DNA from: Balanoglossus misakiensis
Taxonomy: Eukaryota; Animalia; Hemichordata
DNA: 64,000 nt
Assembly: GCA_040954595.2 (NCBI GenBank)
Contig: CM082577.2
Coordinates: 6,657,746-6,721,745, forward strand
Direction: 5' to 3'
Shown here: positions 49,825 to 64,000 of the stretch, piece after piece
How positions within the stretch are numbered: position 1 is the stretch's first letter
Layout: every line of letters starts with the position of its first letter
Position numbers and translations under genes: made by a program
The notes under the pieces: model-generated
The model's database searches: none
Seen by the model: only the letters and a program-made list of their open reading frames with translations
What the model was told of the DNA's origin: nothing

Positions 49825-50813
49825 GATGACAATTCCTAGAAAAAGAAAACATAATTTCATCTCATTATTTCACATAGAAAGCAGTTTCCGTTGTCTATAG
49901 CATTTCTAACACACTTTCCTCATTGACCTCAATCCCTTGTGCTGGTGTTATGGATGTGTGAGCTTCACAATTAACTCTTATGACAGTTATTTTGTTCTTC
50001 ACTGAGATTAATAAATAAATTTCCTATCAGATACTGTACAACTATAATGCTAGTGTTACCATTAAATAGAAAACTAAATACTGAGTGACGTGGCATTGCA
50101 TTCCCCGTATATCGTATCCGATATCTCCAGGGAAACGGCGATACTAATATTCTATCGGTAGCCAGTTTCTTTTTTCCGCAGAAAAACGGCATATATTCAC
50201 AAATCTGGTTTACACAAAAACGTTCACTACACTTAAATGTCTTTCATATCGTTATTGAAAACCATACCTATTAAGTAGCGGTGAATATAACTCCGTTTAC
50301 ATCATATTTCTTTCCCGCAGAACGCTGGGGTTGTTCAGCAGCAGAAGAAGCAGTGATTCCAGACGACAAAGCAGAATATTTTGACGTCACTTCCGTATTG
50401 TTGTACCCATAGTGCATCACCCAGAATAATATGGCGGCGCCCATGTGAAAGTTTGGAAGCTGGAAAGTTGATGTTTATTTGCCTCCTTTATACCACATCA
50501 CGGCCCTCTAGGATTTATTAGGTAATGAATAGGTTTTCTCCAGGGTGCGATTGACAAGAAAATAAACGGATGTGGTGCAAGGCAAGGAGTTGGAAGATGC
50601 GGCTCTATCACGATACCATTTGTGCATGTGTACAGCCCTGGTTACGCAACATTGACGCAACAATGGAAGCCATAGAAATGCATGAGCATCCTTTCAAAAC
50701 CGCAGCTGGAGGCCAGGCTACAGTGATCCCCTATTTCCTGTAAGCAAGTTTAAAATCAATTTCTCTGGCTAATTTCTGCTATGTTTTCTGTTCTTTTCTC
50801 AGATGACTGGCTG

Positions 50814-53800
50814 ATGAGAAATACAGTTATTCCTCCAACTCATCTGTTCAGATCTGCTGTAAGAGATTTGACTGTCAAGAAAATAAACAATCTGTTTGGA
50901 TGCAGCTTTGGATGCACACAAAAAGCCTCTGTTTGTACACAAGAGATCGCAAAGAATTATAATAAACACTTTGACAAGGCAGTGTTGAACCACTGCAGGG
51001 TACAGGCTAACTGCAGTAACTGTAGCGTTTTCCGCCTTCTTTTAGCATTTTGACGATATCTAGGCCTTTTTTTGACATTTTGACCCCCCCCCCCCCCCCA
51101 AAAAAAAAAACGAGCTACAATTATTGCAGCTAGGTACAGGCAAGACAGATGGCTAGTGTTAGTCCTGAAATAAGAACTATCGATGGCAAAGACTATTATA
51201 CTATCACTGAAGGAAAAGCTGAAATACTTTTTCCATCTTCAAATGAGGTTTTCTACAATCCAGTTCAAGAATTCAACAGAGACCTTACGTGAGTAAACCA
51301 AATATGATGTCAAGTAGCTTTGTTATTCCCCAAATTTGCAAAAAAAAACGTATATTCACAAAAATTTGCTAAAATAGTTTTTTGGATATTATGCTCTGTA
51401 ATCCTTGGTTGATTGCTGGATTAATGAACTGATTAATTGATTTTCTTCTTGTGTACATTTCAGAGTTGCCGCGATTGGACTTCATGCACAAGAATTTCTA
51501 AGCAAGAAAAACATTCAAGGTATTGCTCTTTTTTAATCACTGAGCTGTGTCTCAGGAAATCTACGCATCATACAATCCAGAAAGAAATGCAAAAACAACT
51601 TATTTATGCAAAAAGTAGTGTTCTGCTACAGAACTTTTCAGTGTAGATTTCCATCACGATGATGCCATAGTGTTTCCAACAGAATTAACTATTTTACAGT
51701 CACATACCCACATAACAGTAATGACAAATCCAAACCAGTGAGAAACCTGGAAAAGTCCACTGGGAACACAGAACCAACATCCCATAGTGAAACAGCCAAT
51801 CAGAGTTCAAAGTCTGCATCACCTGATCCGTCATCAGCCAATGAGAAGACCGAGGAGATAGCTACTGATGTGGCTCCAGTTCAGCCAGGGCAGTATTGTG
51901 AAGTAGGTTTTCTTTGCAACGCCGAAATTTCCACTGGGAAATTGAATTTTAAATTTGTTAATTTGGAGATAAAAGCAACGAATGCTAGATACTAATATCT
52001 TCATGAACGTCTAATGACTTTTATATTGTATATTTCTGCTTCTTTCTCCAAATGTTTACAGATGTAACATCTGCTCACACTAGTATAAGTGATTGCGTAT
52101 CGATTAGTAATATTTGAAGTAATTGGGAGACTAGGAGAGACCACTAATTAGCTGCATTCTTTGCATTTTCTTCACTGAAAACATAAAAGTCAAACAATCT
52201 TTTGATTCTTCTGTTTTAGGATGGCATATCTATCTTGGAGGGCCTCTCGGCATCAGGTCTGAGATCCATTCGTTTCGCAAAGGAGATTGCCGGAGTGAAG
52301 GAAGTTGTTGCGAATGACATTGTCGCTGAAGCTGTGCAGTCTATCCAACAGAATGTGAAGCACAACAAAACTGAACACTTGGTCAAGCCAAGCCATGATG
52401 ATGCCGCGTAAGTACTTAATATGAACCAAGAGTCTCAACTGTAGGGGTCCCCCCATGCTGGAACCATTTGCTTTCATTTAAAATAACTTTCTCTGGGTGA
52501 AAATTAGTTTTGAAAAACAAGTGTCTCGGTGAAAACTTGTTATCTCAGTGACTTTTTCAGATCCCAAATTTAGATTTGGAAGGGTGATTTTTCCAAAATA
52601 TATCTGATAAATGTATTCCACTTAACTAGAAAATGGCTTGCACTTTGGGATTTTGTCTTCACAGATTACTCATGTATAAACACAGAGGTCACAATGATCG
52701 ATATGATATTATTGACCTTGACCCCTATGGAAGTCCTGCACAGTTTCTGGACTCGGCAGTTCAGTCAGTCAAAGATGGTGGAATGATGTGTATCACCTGT
52801 ACTGACATGGCGGTGCTGTGTGGTAACCATGGCGAGACGGCATACACCAAGTATGGTGGAATGGCACTGCATACCAAATATGGTCATGAAATGGTGAGTG
52901 CCGGTATATCTCTAGTTTATTTTTATACTGGTAAAATCTGAGAGAATGTAAGGAAACGACGTTGTGTGCAAGTTTCTAATTTTCCTTGTAGTTTTAGAAG
53001 AATTACAAGTATCATATCAGATAGTGAAAGCACAGAAACAGAACAAGGCCTTTGTAAACAGCGCCCTCCTGTGTTCACTTTCAGGCTCTGAGGATCGTTT
53101 TGCAGTCCATCCAGTCACACGCAAACCGTTACCACAGATACATCGAGCCATTGCTCTGCATCAGTGTGGACTTCTATGTCAGGTTTTTCATCAGGGTGTA
53201 CTCTGGACAAGCAACAGTCAAGAGATCAGCCAGGTATGGTGTCTGTCTTCCTTCATGAAAAGTTCTAAATTTTGCGTTTGTTTGTCAAGTAGCAAAGAGA
53301 AATCTGGCAGATATGAAATGATTAGCCCTTTTTGACAATTTATATTTACAACTAGCTGTATGCCAGTTAATATTTTGTCTGTGTCATGTGTATCAAGACT
53401 GGTTTCTACTTGTCAAAATATGCTGACAAAGGACACAACCAGAAGGCACCCATCATCTTTGCAAGGCTATTCACAATGGATATTTTGCGTACCCCTACTA
53501 TGCAAACGATGATGATGTGTTCCATTATCCTTGATTCTGTCTTGCAGCAAACAGGCAATGGTCTACAACTGTGTCAACTGTGAAACATTTCACTTGCAAA
53601 GACTTGGCGTATGCATTGAAAATAATAGAAGGTAAGGTTTACATGCTTAACATCACAATTGTCATGAAACCCACCCTTTTCACACCATATTTTAGTCAGA
53701 TCCTATTGTTCCCCATGATCAAGTTGGACCAGCACACTTGGAAATGGGGTACTGTGTACTATGCAAATAAAAAATCTATCTAGAAAGTTTATAATTTCGT

Positions 53801-56075
53801 GTTTCCTTTACTCTGCTCTCTTATCAATTTTTCTGTAAATAAAAAATAAAGATCACATTTTCTTTCTTGCTTGTTCTATATTAATTGGTTATCAAAACAG
53901 TGTACTAACACATCTAAATACACTCCTTTCCCCTTTAGCATAAAATATCGGCCCTCAGTTGGACCCCCTGTCGGACAAACATGTGAACACTGTGGTGGAA
54001 AATTTCAGGTAATAACACTTACTTGGAATCTGTAAAGTTTATCACTAGTGAGTTAAATCACAGGAAACAACCCACAAATGTGCAAAAATTTGCCTTTTCA
54101 GATCGGTGGACCGATGTGGGCTGAACCACTCCACAATGCTGATTTTGTTGCCAAATTACTGAAGACTGTGCAGAAGAACCCGGATAGATTCAAGACGTCA
54201 GATAGAATCATCGGTGTATTGAGTGTTGTCGGGGAGGTGAGTGAATAGTTTGAATTAGTGGCAAGGACGAGTTTGGGGTCAGATTGGCAGGAGAGGATAT
54301 TGCAAACTTTGAATCAATACATACAAAATGTGCTGGGCTACTGGGCATAGCAGGTTTCGTTTATTGAGACAAACAGTCTCTGTCATCAGATGCAAAATTA
54401 GAAGCTGCTGTGTTTTTCGGGGACAGAGACTACACTGTTGACATGTGCTATGTTATCTTCACAGGAACTGCTTGACTGTCCGCTATACTATACTCTTAGT
54501 CGGCTTTGTAACATTCTCCATTGCAGCTGTCCATCCCTCATTCAATTCAGGTATGTGTCAAGTGTAATGACGTGTCGTTACATGATTCATGATATTTTCC
54601 AATCTTGAACTTCAAGTTGAAGTATGCTCTTACCTCATGTTTCCATAGTTTCACCATTCCATTTTTTCTGTAAAAATGTAATATCCTTCCATATTTGTGG
54701 CTGTTAAAATTGTATTTGTAATTTTCTTGTGACAGGTCAGCCATTTTACACGCTGGATACAAGGTGTCCAGTACACACGCAAACCCAGAGGCCTTCAAGA
54801 CAGATGCACCCAGCCGTGTGATCTGGGACATCATGAGAGCATGGGTGAGTGGTAGCCATGTCTTTGCTGGGACTTGGGGTTTAAGGGGAATGCTTACATG
54901 TACATGTAGATGTGTATTGGGAAAGATGATAGCTTCTTTGTGATGGTATCTTGTTTAATAGCCTGACTCAGTATCATTATGACATCCATATGCAGGTTAA
55001 GCTGAATCCAGTGAAGCAGGAGAGATTGACAGATGGAAATCCTGCAACCAGAATACTTAGCAAAGAACCAAGGTCAGGCTCTGGGACAGTCACATGTATT
55101 TCTTGTGTATAAACTTCCTCAAAAAATATTACAAACATTTCAAAATGATTGTTAAATGCCAGGGTTTCACAATTTTAAGTTATGGTAATCCTTGATCCAT
55201 GTGGTATACATTATATATTTATATTTGTGGTGTTGTTTGCATGCTTATGTTGCAATTATTATGATGACCTTTTTGACAACTGTTACCAATATAGGAAACA
55301 ACTTTAACATTACAGCACAGAAGTGTCTTTCAGTCCACTACCAACTGCAAATCCACCATCAAGAAAATTCAAACTTGTCAGGTTTCAAGAAAATCCACAG
55401 AAGTACTGGGGGCCCAAAGCAAGAGCGAAGAGATCGTAAGTTGTGTCCTGTCATATCTCATTTGAAGTGTATTTGTTCCAAATTAACATGGTGTATTTTC
55501 TGATGTCAGACTTCTTTTATCATGTTTTTGTGAATTTGCGATTTTCAAAGAAATTCCTTTTGCTATGACAGAGTTGCAGAACCGCTTTCTGATAAAAGAG
55601 CCAGATTGCAAGGCAAACGTGCACAGGAAGGTCAAGTGGAGAGGGACTACAAGAAATATCCATGTAAAAAATTCAAAAAGGTAAATGAGAAAGTCTTATG
55701 CAACAATGGAGGTCCATTAGTTTACAGACATTTCCAGAGTTTTTGGTTAGACCACGTCACTTGAGTGACCGTGGTTACCGGTAGATTAGATTTTTCATCA
55801 ATGGGAAATTGTATAACGCGTCTCCATGTGTATAGATCAGATGGATTTATGGAATGTGTCATATTGATAAAATGGCAAGATCTACAATGTCGTTTTTGCA
55901 CCTGTGTGATTGTAAATACGATGCTTGAAGTCAACTACACACATGCTATGCTAAATGTTTATATTGAAAATCCGACATCTGATGTTACATTTTCATAATC
56001 ATTTACTTTTTTTTACAGGGTTTGTGTGATCTTGGTGATGACTGCAGATATACCCATGATTCCTCTTCGGAGTAG
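50814..56075 (+). CDS. TRMT1: tRNA (guanine-26 N2,N2)-dimethyltransferase with C-terminal CCCH zinc finger; upstream ATG 50814, downstream ATG 51149
   Basis: [77 protein letters not shown] and [19 protein letters not shown]; stop TAG at 56073-56075. The upstream start is inferred. Confidence 0.92.
51008..51132. mobile_element. 125-bp TIR element with 9-bp TSD (Mutator-like MITE) forming a TRMT1 intron
   Basis: TSD GGTACAGGC at 50999-51007 and 51133-51141. Left end TAACTGCAGTAACTGTAGCGTTTT versus reverse complement of right end TAGCTGCAATAATTGTAGCTCGTTTT. Confidence 0.8.
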
Positions 56076-56635
56076 TTAACCAGTGTCTGATGCATCAGTG
56101 AACCCATTGGATAAGACATTGTGAAATGTCCGCTTTGACAGAACTTTGCCTAAATTTGCGCTATTATTGGTGATGTCAGGTCAATATGAAAACTGCCCTC
56201 AAGTGGCAATTCTTGCTGTCTGTCGGAAAACAGGTCACCCTTAGAATTTTGTACTGGAAGTGACAATCAGTACTCCAAAATGTAGTAAAATCATGTGTCA
56301 AACCATGGCCGATATCTATTTTTGAAAAATGAGCTGTTGTATTCTTATGCTAATTCCTATTTGACCTCTATAGATGGAACTGGGGTTAAGTTTTGGGCCT
56401 GTTGCGTACAAAGATTTTATTTTCCCTTTTCAAGTTTACTGTGAAGAATTGTCCATTTGTATTCAGAGAGGCTAACAATGCAAAATAGTTGCATGTACAT
56501 GTCCCATCAATTCAAATAAACACACAAAGAAATCATATCCTGTTGAAACCGCCTTTTTTTATTATTAAAGTATCTTGTTCATCTGAAATCCACATCAGGT
56601 GACAACACTTTATAATTTATCAGAGAGTTCACTTG

Positions 56636-58719
<2,084 letters not shown>

Positions 58720-58908
58720 CTTGTCTGTTCTGCAAAGAAAATTTCGGAGTTAGGTTTACACAATTAAAAAAATAACAGGATGGCCTGATAGAAAGATATT
58801 TAATACTACTATTAAGACTGTGTCAGGCCAGTAAAATTAAGAGATATCGGCGATGACGAACGATATTTTAGAAGATCATGATTGCTACATATAAACATGG
58901 CCGCTTAC

Positions 58909-58920
58909 CTGCGGAAAAGG
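58909..58920 (-). promoter_or_regulatory. 5'TOP / TCT-type first exon of RPL10
   Basis: CCTTTTCCGCAG|GTAAGC: a pyrimidine-tract micro-exon with a YY1-like site just downstream. Confidence 0.75.
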
Positions 58921-59352
58921 ACGAAATCACGAATGATCTGCCTGATGTCGGTGAGGGCGTTTATATTGTCAGACATAATCCTTCTTCCGTACCTTCCCCA
59001 TTATTTTTTTAATTTGCTAAAGAAAACCGTAAATTTTCCACTGTTTGAACTTTAAAATGATTATATTAGGAAACTAATGCAATGTATTTATAATGTTGAC
59101 TGGTACAATCTCGCCAGTGAAAACTTATAATATAACTGTCGGCCTACTGGCGTTGAAAGAGGACACTATCACGTGACTGTCAGAACCATAACAAGATGGC
59201 TCCCCACCCCCCGGAACGTGACCTAGTAGTACTACTGTTTCACGTTTGCCATGGCAGTACTGTTTTAAAAATGCTGTAATATACACGTGACACATTCGTT
59301 GTTTATCGAAGTGGCCTTTTTATGTGCGACCCTTGATAGTAAGAAACAGAAA
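58921..59352. promoter_or_regulatory. Bidirectional promoter RPL10/SNX29
   Basis: Head-to-head genes, with E-box ATCACGTGAC near 59168 and YY1-like AAGATGGC near 59193. Confidence 0.55.
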
Positions 59353-62300
59353 ATGGGTAAGTATCATATGCGCTTCAAGTCACATATATCTGATACAGTG
59401 ATAGTGGCTGATATTTTGTGACCACTACATTACACGGTGATGAGTGAATATTGAGAGTGTTGTGCATTCGGTGTGAAAAATGACATAGCTGGATTTATAC
59501 ATGAGTTCCCTACGAAGTATAGAATAAGTCGTTTTATTAGTGCACCCATGATTATATTTGCTATCCAATATGATTTTTTAGAGGTTTAATGCATTATAAT
59601 ATTTCATCATGATAAAGTATAGTATATGAAATTTGGATGTATTGAGGTCAGAGGGCAGATATGATTGATTTACATGTAGAATCCTCTGAAACCAGTATAG
59701 AAAGAGAGCACTGGTCCCGCATAAAACAAGGCAAAGGGAAATCCCCAAGAAGTAATCGTGTCCAAGACAGAAATAGTTATGTCCACTTTTAAAATTGTGC
59801 TGTCACTTTCCTTTTCAGTGAAAGTGGAAGACATGTAAAATTCACAATCTCATTTTCTTTTCTTTTTTTACCTGTATTATTAAATTCAATACAGCTACTG
59901 AAATGTATTCAAGTGACCGGCAGAATTTGCTGGACAGGCTGTTGGATGCAGTTAAACAGTGCCAAGTGAGATTTGGGGGTCGTACGGAGTTGGCAACCGA
60001 TGGCGACAGCAGAGTGTCTTGTCTCTGTGCACAGTTTGAATCAGTTTTCCAACATGGAATGAAGAAGTCTAGCAAGCCATTTTCGGTCTTTAAGTAAGTG
60101 GAATTAATTCTTATGAAATCTAAATGTACATTATCTAATATCCAAAATTTATTCAAAAGATTATGTTCAGTGAAGTCACATTCCGTCTCTGAATGGAAGT
60201 ACTTAGCAAATATTGTGTTGGATTTAATTTATAAATGTTCATCAAAGCAGAAGTCCAAATGCTAACTGGTATCAGATTGATCTCCTGACAAACTGGCTTA
60301 TTTTAGTAAAATTTCTATGTGATTATAATTGACTGAATTGAAACAAAAATTCCCATCTTTGAATGGTAAGCATCAGGTTGAGAATTGTGTTGAAAAAAAT
60401 GTAAATGTCATAAAAAAGTGCATGAACTATGAAATTATTATTGGTTTATATTTTCTTCATTTTTATCTCTCCAGGCAAGTAACAGGTATTACACTGCCAG
60501 ATATTCCAGTTATGAAGCCTGAAAACGAACCAGGTGAGTAAAATAACATACATGTACCATATATTCAAGATTCCAGTTTAATATAAAGCCCCCAAAATGA
60601 ACCAGCTAGCTAAAGCAAAGCCAAACACGAATAATGTGATTGGCCCCTGACCACTTCAACTCACAGAGGGTAACTCAGGTGTACCATGTGAAATCCAAGT
60701 TTATTTGTTATTACATGTTTTTAAGTCAAAATTAAACCAAATTACAAAATCAGTTAATCTGTCTTTGATAAACTTAGTAGCTCTGAAAGAAACTATGTCA
60801 TTACTAAAATGTTATTGTCTGTACTGCTAAGATTCATATGTTCTATAATTGTCATTGTTTGCTTGTGATCAGCTACTAGTATGTATTCACTCATTATGAC
60901 AGTTATTAACGTGACCTTCACGTCTGTGAATAGCAGTTGTAATCGTTGTCAGTTGCAGCTGTTGAGTGCGTGGACTTTGCATCTCTCAATAACAATGCTG
61001 CATGCTGTAATTTGAGATTTAATGATGTCTTCGGCTAAATCGAGGAATTTCATATGACTTGTGATATTATCACCTTGGAAAATGACATTTAATATCATTA
61101 CGACATGATCAAATCTGACATATGGTATGTGTCTGTTAAGAGGCTGGTGTCACAAAACATGGTACAATAAGCCTGGTTGACCTAATCTGACAGCACTGAT
61201 CTACTGTTACATAAATGTACATGTATTCATTTGCATACATGTTCTCTTGAGGTCGTAAATAACAGTCGGTCGCGATCAGACTATTATCTTCTTGCATCTT
61301 AGAATTGTTGAAAAATAATTCATGCAAAAATGGCTCGTCTCTTGAAGGTATCTTTCACAGCGTGCCACATGGCACGATCAATTTCATGCCATGCTGTGAA
61401 GCTCACAGAGTATCCAATCAACGTGAAATTTATTGCTCATCTCAGCCCTCAGGTCTCGCTCCAGACATCATTCATGTTGACAACATCCAGATCCTGATAT
61501 CAGTTCATGAAAATGAGGAATTTTGTTTGAAAGGGTGATACACATTACAAGTTTGTCTGTAGATGTGTTTAATCATGTTTTGCTAAAGATGCATAATCTC
61601 ATCACTGCAGCCGTCTATCTGTGAGCATGATTGGATATAAGCTCGTAAGATATATAGCGGCAATCTGCAGATTGGTGATGTATTGAAACGGGGCATGCCC
61701 CTTAACACATGACTGTGAAGAAATCCATTTCCTTGTCTTGCATTTGCATAAAGATTGGCATGTTACAAACCCAGTTTTCCTTTCCATTCCAATTGCCTGC
61801 AGTGTGTTTCAAATAAGTATGGTAATCCGAAGTACTGGACAATTTGTATAAATCAGTTGTAACTTGCATGTATTTCTCATGATATTTTTAATTTAATACG
61901 TATTTTCATTTTACTGACTGAGAGTTTTCATCGGTTGATATCTACATGTAAACCTTTTCATCGCTTGCAGTGTTCTGGCTGATGATCAAAGAACACCTGA
62001 ACAAACATGAATATGAGAGATACCTGTCTCTCAAGAACATCAGTACTGATATTGGACGTGGCAGGGCATGGCTGAGATCAGCGCTGAATGAACATTCTCT
62101 CGAAAGGTACATCCATATGATTCTGGGAGACAAAACGACACTGGGGTAAGTCTAGAAGGATTGGCATGCGAGTTGAGGTTACTGTCAAGTTACTGTTGAT
62201 CCTTAGAGAGCAGGAACTATGATGAGGGTAGTAATGGCGATGACGACGAGGATCTTCAGCTTAATGGTATAAACCATATGTCCATCATTTGGGTAGATGT

Positions 62301-62846
62301 GCAAGTGCTTTTTACAAAATAATGTTGCCTCAAACAAAATAAACATTCTATTTGTGGACACAATTTCTGGCCAGGATGTGGATGTTTCCTCAACCAGGAT
62401 AGCATGGACTGAGCAGAATCAATGTATAGTGTTGATATAATGAATGAATGCAAGTGATATGTTCACAATGCTAAATATCAAAAAGTACAAATAATTGAAA
62501 TTTCCATAATTAGTGTTACTGTAATCAAATGAAAGTATATATACAATGATGAAACTGATACCACATGTATTTTGATGAGGTCAGTTCATTACAGGATGTG
62601 TCCAGGGTTGTTGCAAAAGTGTGTTTCTGTATTTTTTCTCTATACTGTGTCTCTGTACAAGCTTCCACCCTGAAAGACTATGATTTTATTTGCAGTCAAT
62701 TTTATGAAGAATGGGCTTTTCTTCTGGACGAGGAGAGGTCCAGTATGTTACCCATGATGGCTGCCGGGTTAGGCTCTATACTCTTTGCCATTAACATTGA
62801 CAATGAACAGCTGAATGGTGGGAGGCAGGTGAGTACATGGAACAGA

Positions 62847-62881
<35 letters not shown>

Positions 62882-64000
62882 AAACTCTATTTTTCAGGTA
62901 GTTTTAACATTTTGGTCAATCACATAATACTGACAAGTGTGATAAGAATTGAAAAGTAGTGTTATCTGTAAAGATTAGTGTCGGTAGCTACAAGAAAATA
63001 TCAACTCTTATCAAATTACATGAACATAATTTTTTTTATATCTTATATGCTAAAAATCTGTGTTTAATTTGATCAGTCTTAACAATATGATTTGTTTTTG
63101 ACTACATTATATCTTGTAATTTAAGTGCAGTTTTCGTCAACTATCTCCCACCTCACACAGATTATACAAATCCCCATGTAATGTAGGAGCGTACTCATTC
63201 CATTTCATTATAATTTAATGCCTGACTGCACAGACGGTCTACACATGCAACGCTGCTTAAAAGATTAACTTTAACATGCAATTTTTCATTCTGTGATACA
63301 TACAAACATAAATAACTGAAATGGAAAAAAACTGAGCTAAATGTAGACTGGACAAATGCCACACAATCTTTATAATATTCTTGATTTGCTTTGATGTTGC
63401 ATAGGTGTCGTCAACTCACAGTTCTCCATCGCATCAAAGCAAACTTGCCAGTAGAGTTGCTGATGAACCCCAACCGGTCTATCCGGGCGATATCCTCATC
63501 AATGGTAAGCAGATCCATGGTTGCTTCCCAAAACTGTGTCTGCAATTTTTCCACTGGCCTTCCAATCAACATTTAAGTTTAATGATGCTATAACTTCTTT
63601 TTACCAACATTGCGCTTTTGTATATTGCCTTCATCAGAAAAAATGTGTGTCATGTTATCTCTGTTTAAATAATGGTTATGTACTGTACATGATTGGGTTC
63701 ACCTGTATCTGGGCTTTCAGAGAATATATACTTTCTGGGGGTTTTGAACTGTCTTAGTTCTATTTGACAGAAATTTACAATTCCCGAAGTGTGTATATTG
63801 CATGTCATATAATGTTGCTCTGTGTGGTTTGTTGGCCGTTGTATAAGTAACAATGATTTGGTTCTCTTATTCATTCCAGAAGCATCAAAGGAGAGAAAGA
63901 AAGACAAAAAGAAAAAGAAGAAGAAAGGAGTTGCAATTGTGTCCTTTGATGGCACACAATCAAAATCCTACAGGGATTCCTACTCTGCTTCACAGGGGTC
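59353..64000 (+). CDS. SNX29: Sorting nexin 29 (RUN domain N-terminus), 3'-incomplete
   Basis: Exons 59353-59356, 59895-60093 (LLDRLLDAVKQCQVRFGGRTELATDGDSRVSCLCAQFE), 60475-60533, 61971-62145 (GRGRAWLRSALNEHSLERY), 62696-62828 (FYEEWAFLLDEERSSMLPMMAAGL), ~63405-63504 and 63880 to the window end. Confidence 0.92.

Overview
Gene-dense, intron-rich animal genomic DNA, probably from an invertebrate deuterostome (inferred from protein similarity and intron style). I reconstructed genes by hand from splice sites and reading frames, so some internal exon ends may be off by a few bases. In order: 5'-truncated CDR2/CDR2L-like (+), CLCN7 (-), MRPL12 (+), POLR3E (-), tRNA-Leu(AAG) (-), MRPL58/ICT1 (+), a TSSK-family kinase (+), an unnamed 2-TM PPxY protein (-), WBP2 (+), MXRA7 (-), TRMT1 (+), RPL10 (-) and 3'-truncated SNX29 (+). 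Ten of these form five head-to-head pairs. Best leads: (1) a 125-bp TIR element with a 9-bp target-site duplication that exactly forms an intron in the 5' coding region of TRMT1 (Introner-like, possibly switching mitochondrial versus nuclear isoforms); (2) a tRNA-Leu(AAG) gene about 150 bp upstream of the POLR3E start codon on the same strand, as recalled for mammals; (3) a densely base-paired RPL10 intron; (4) a U12-type intron and a duplicated splice donor in CLCN7.
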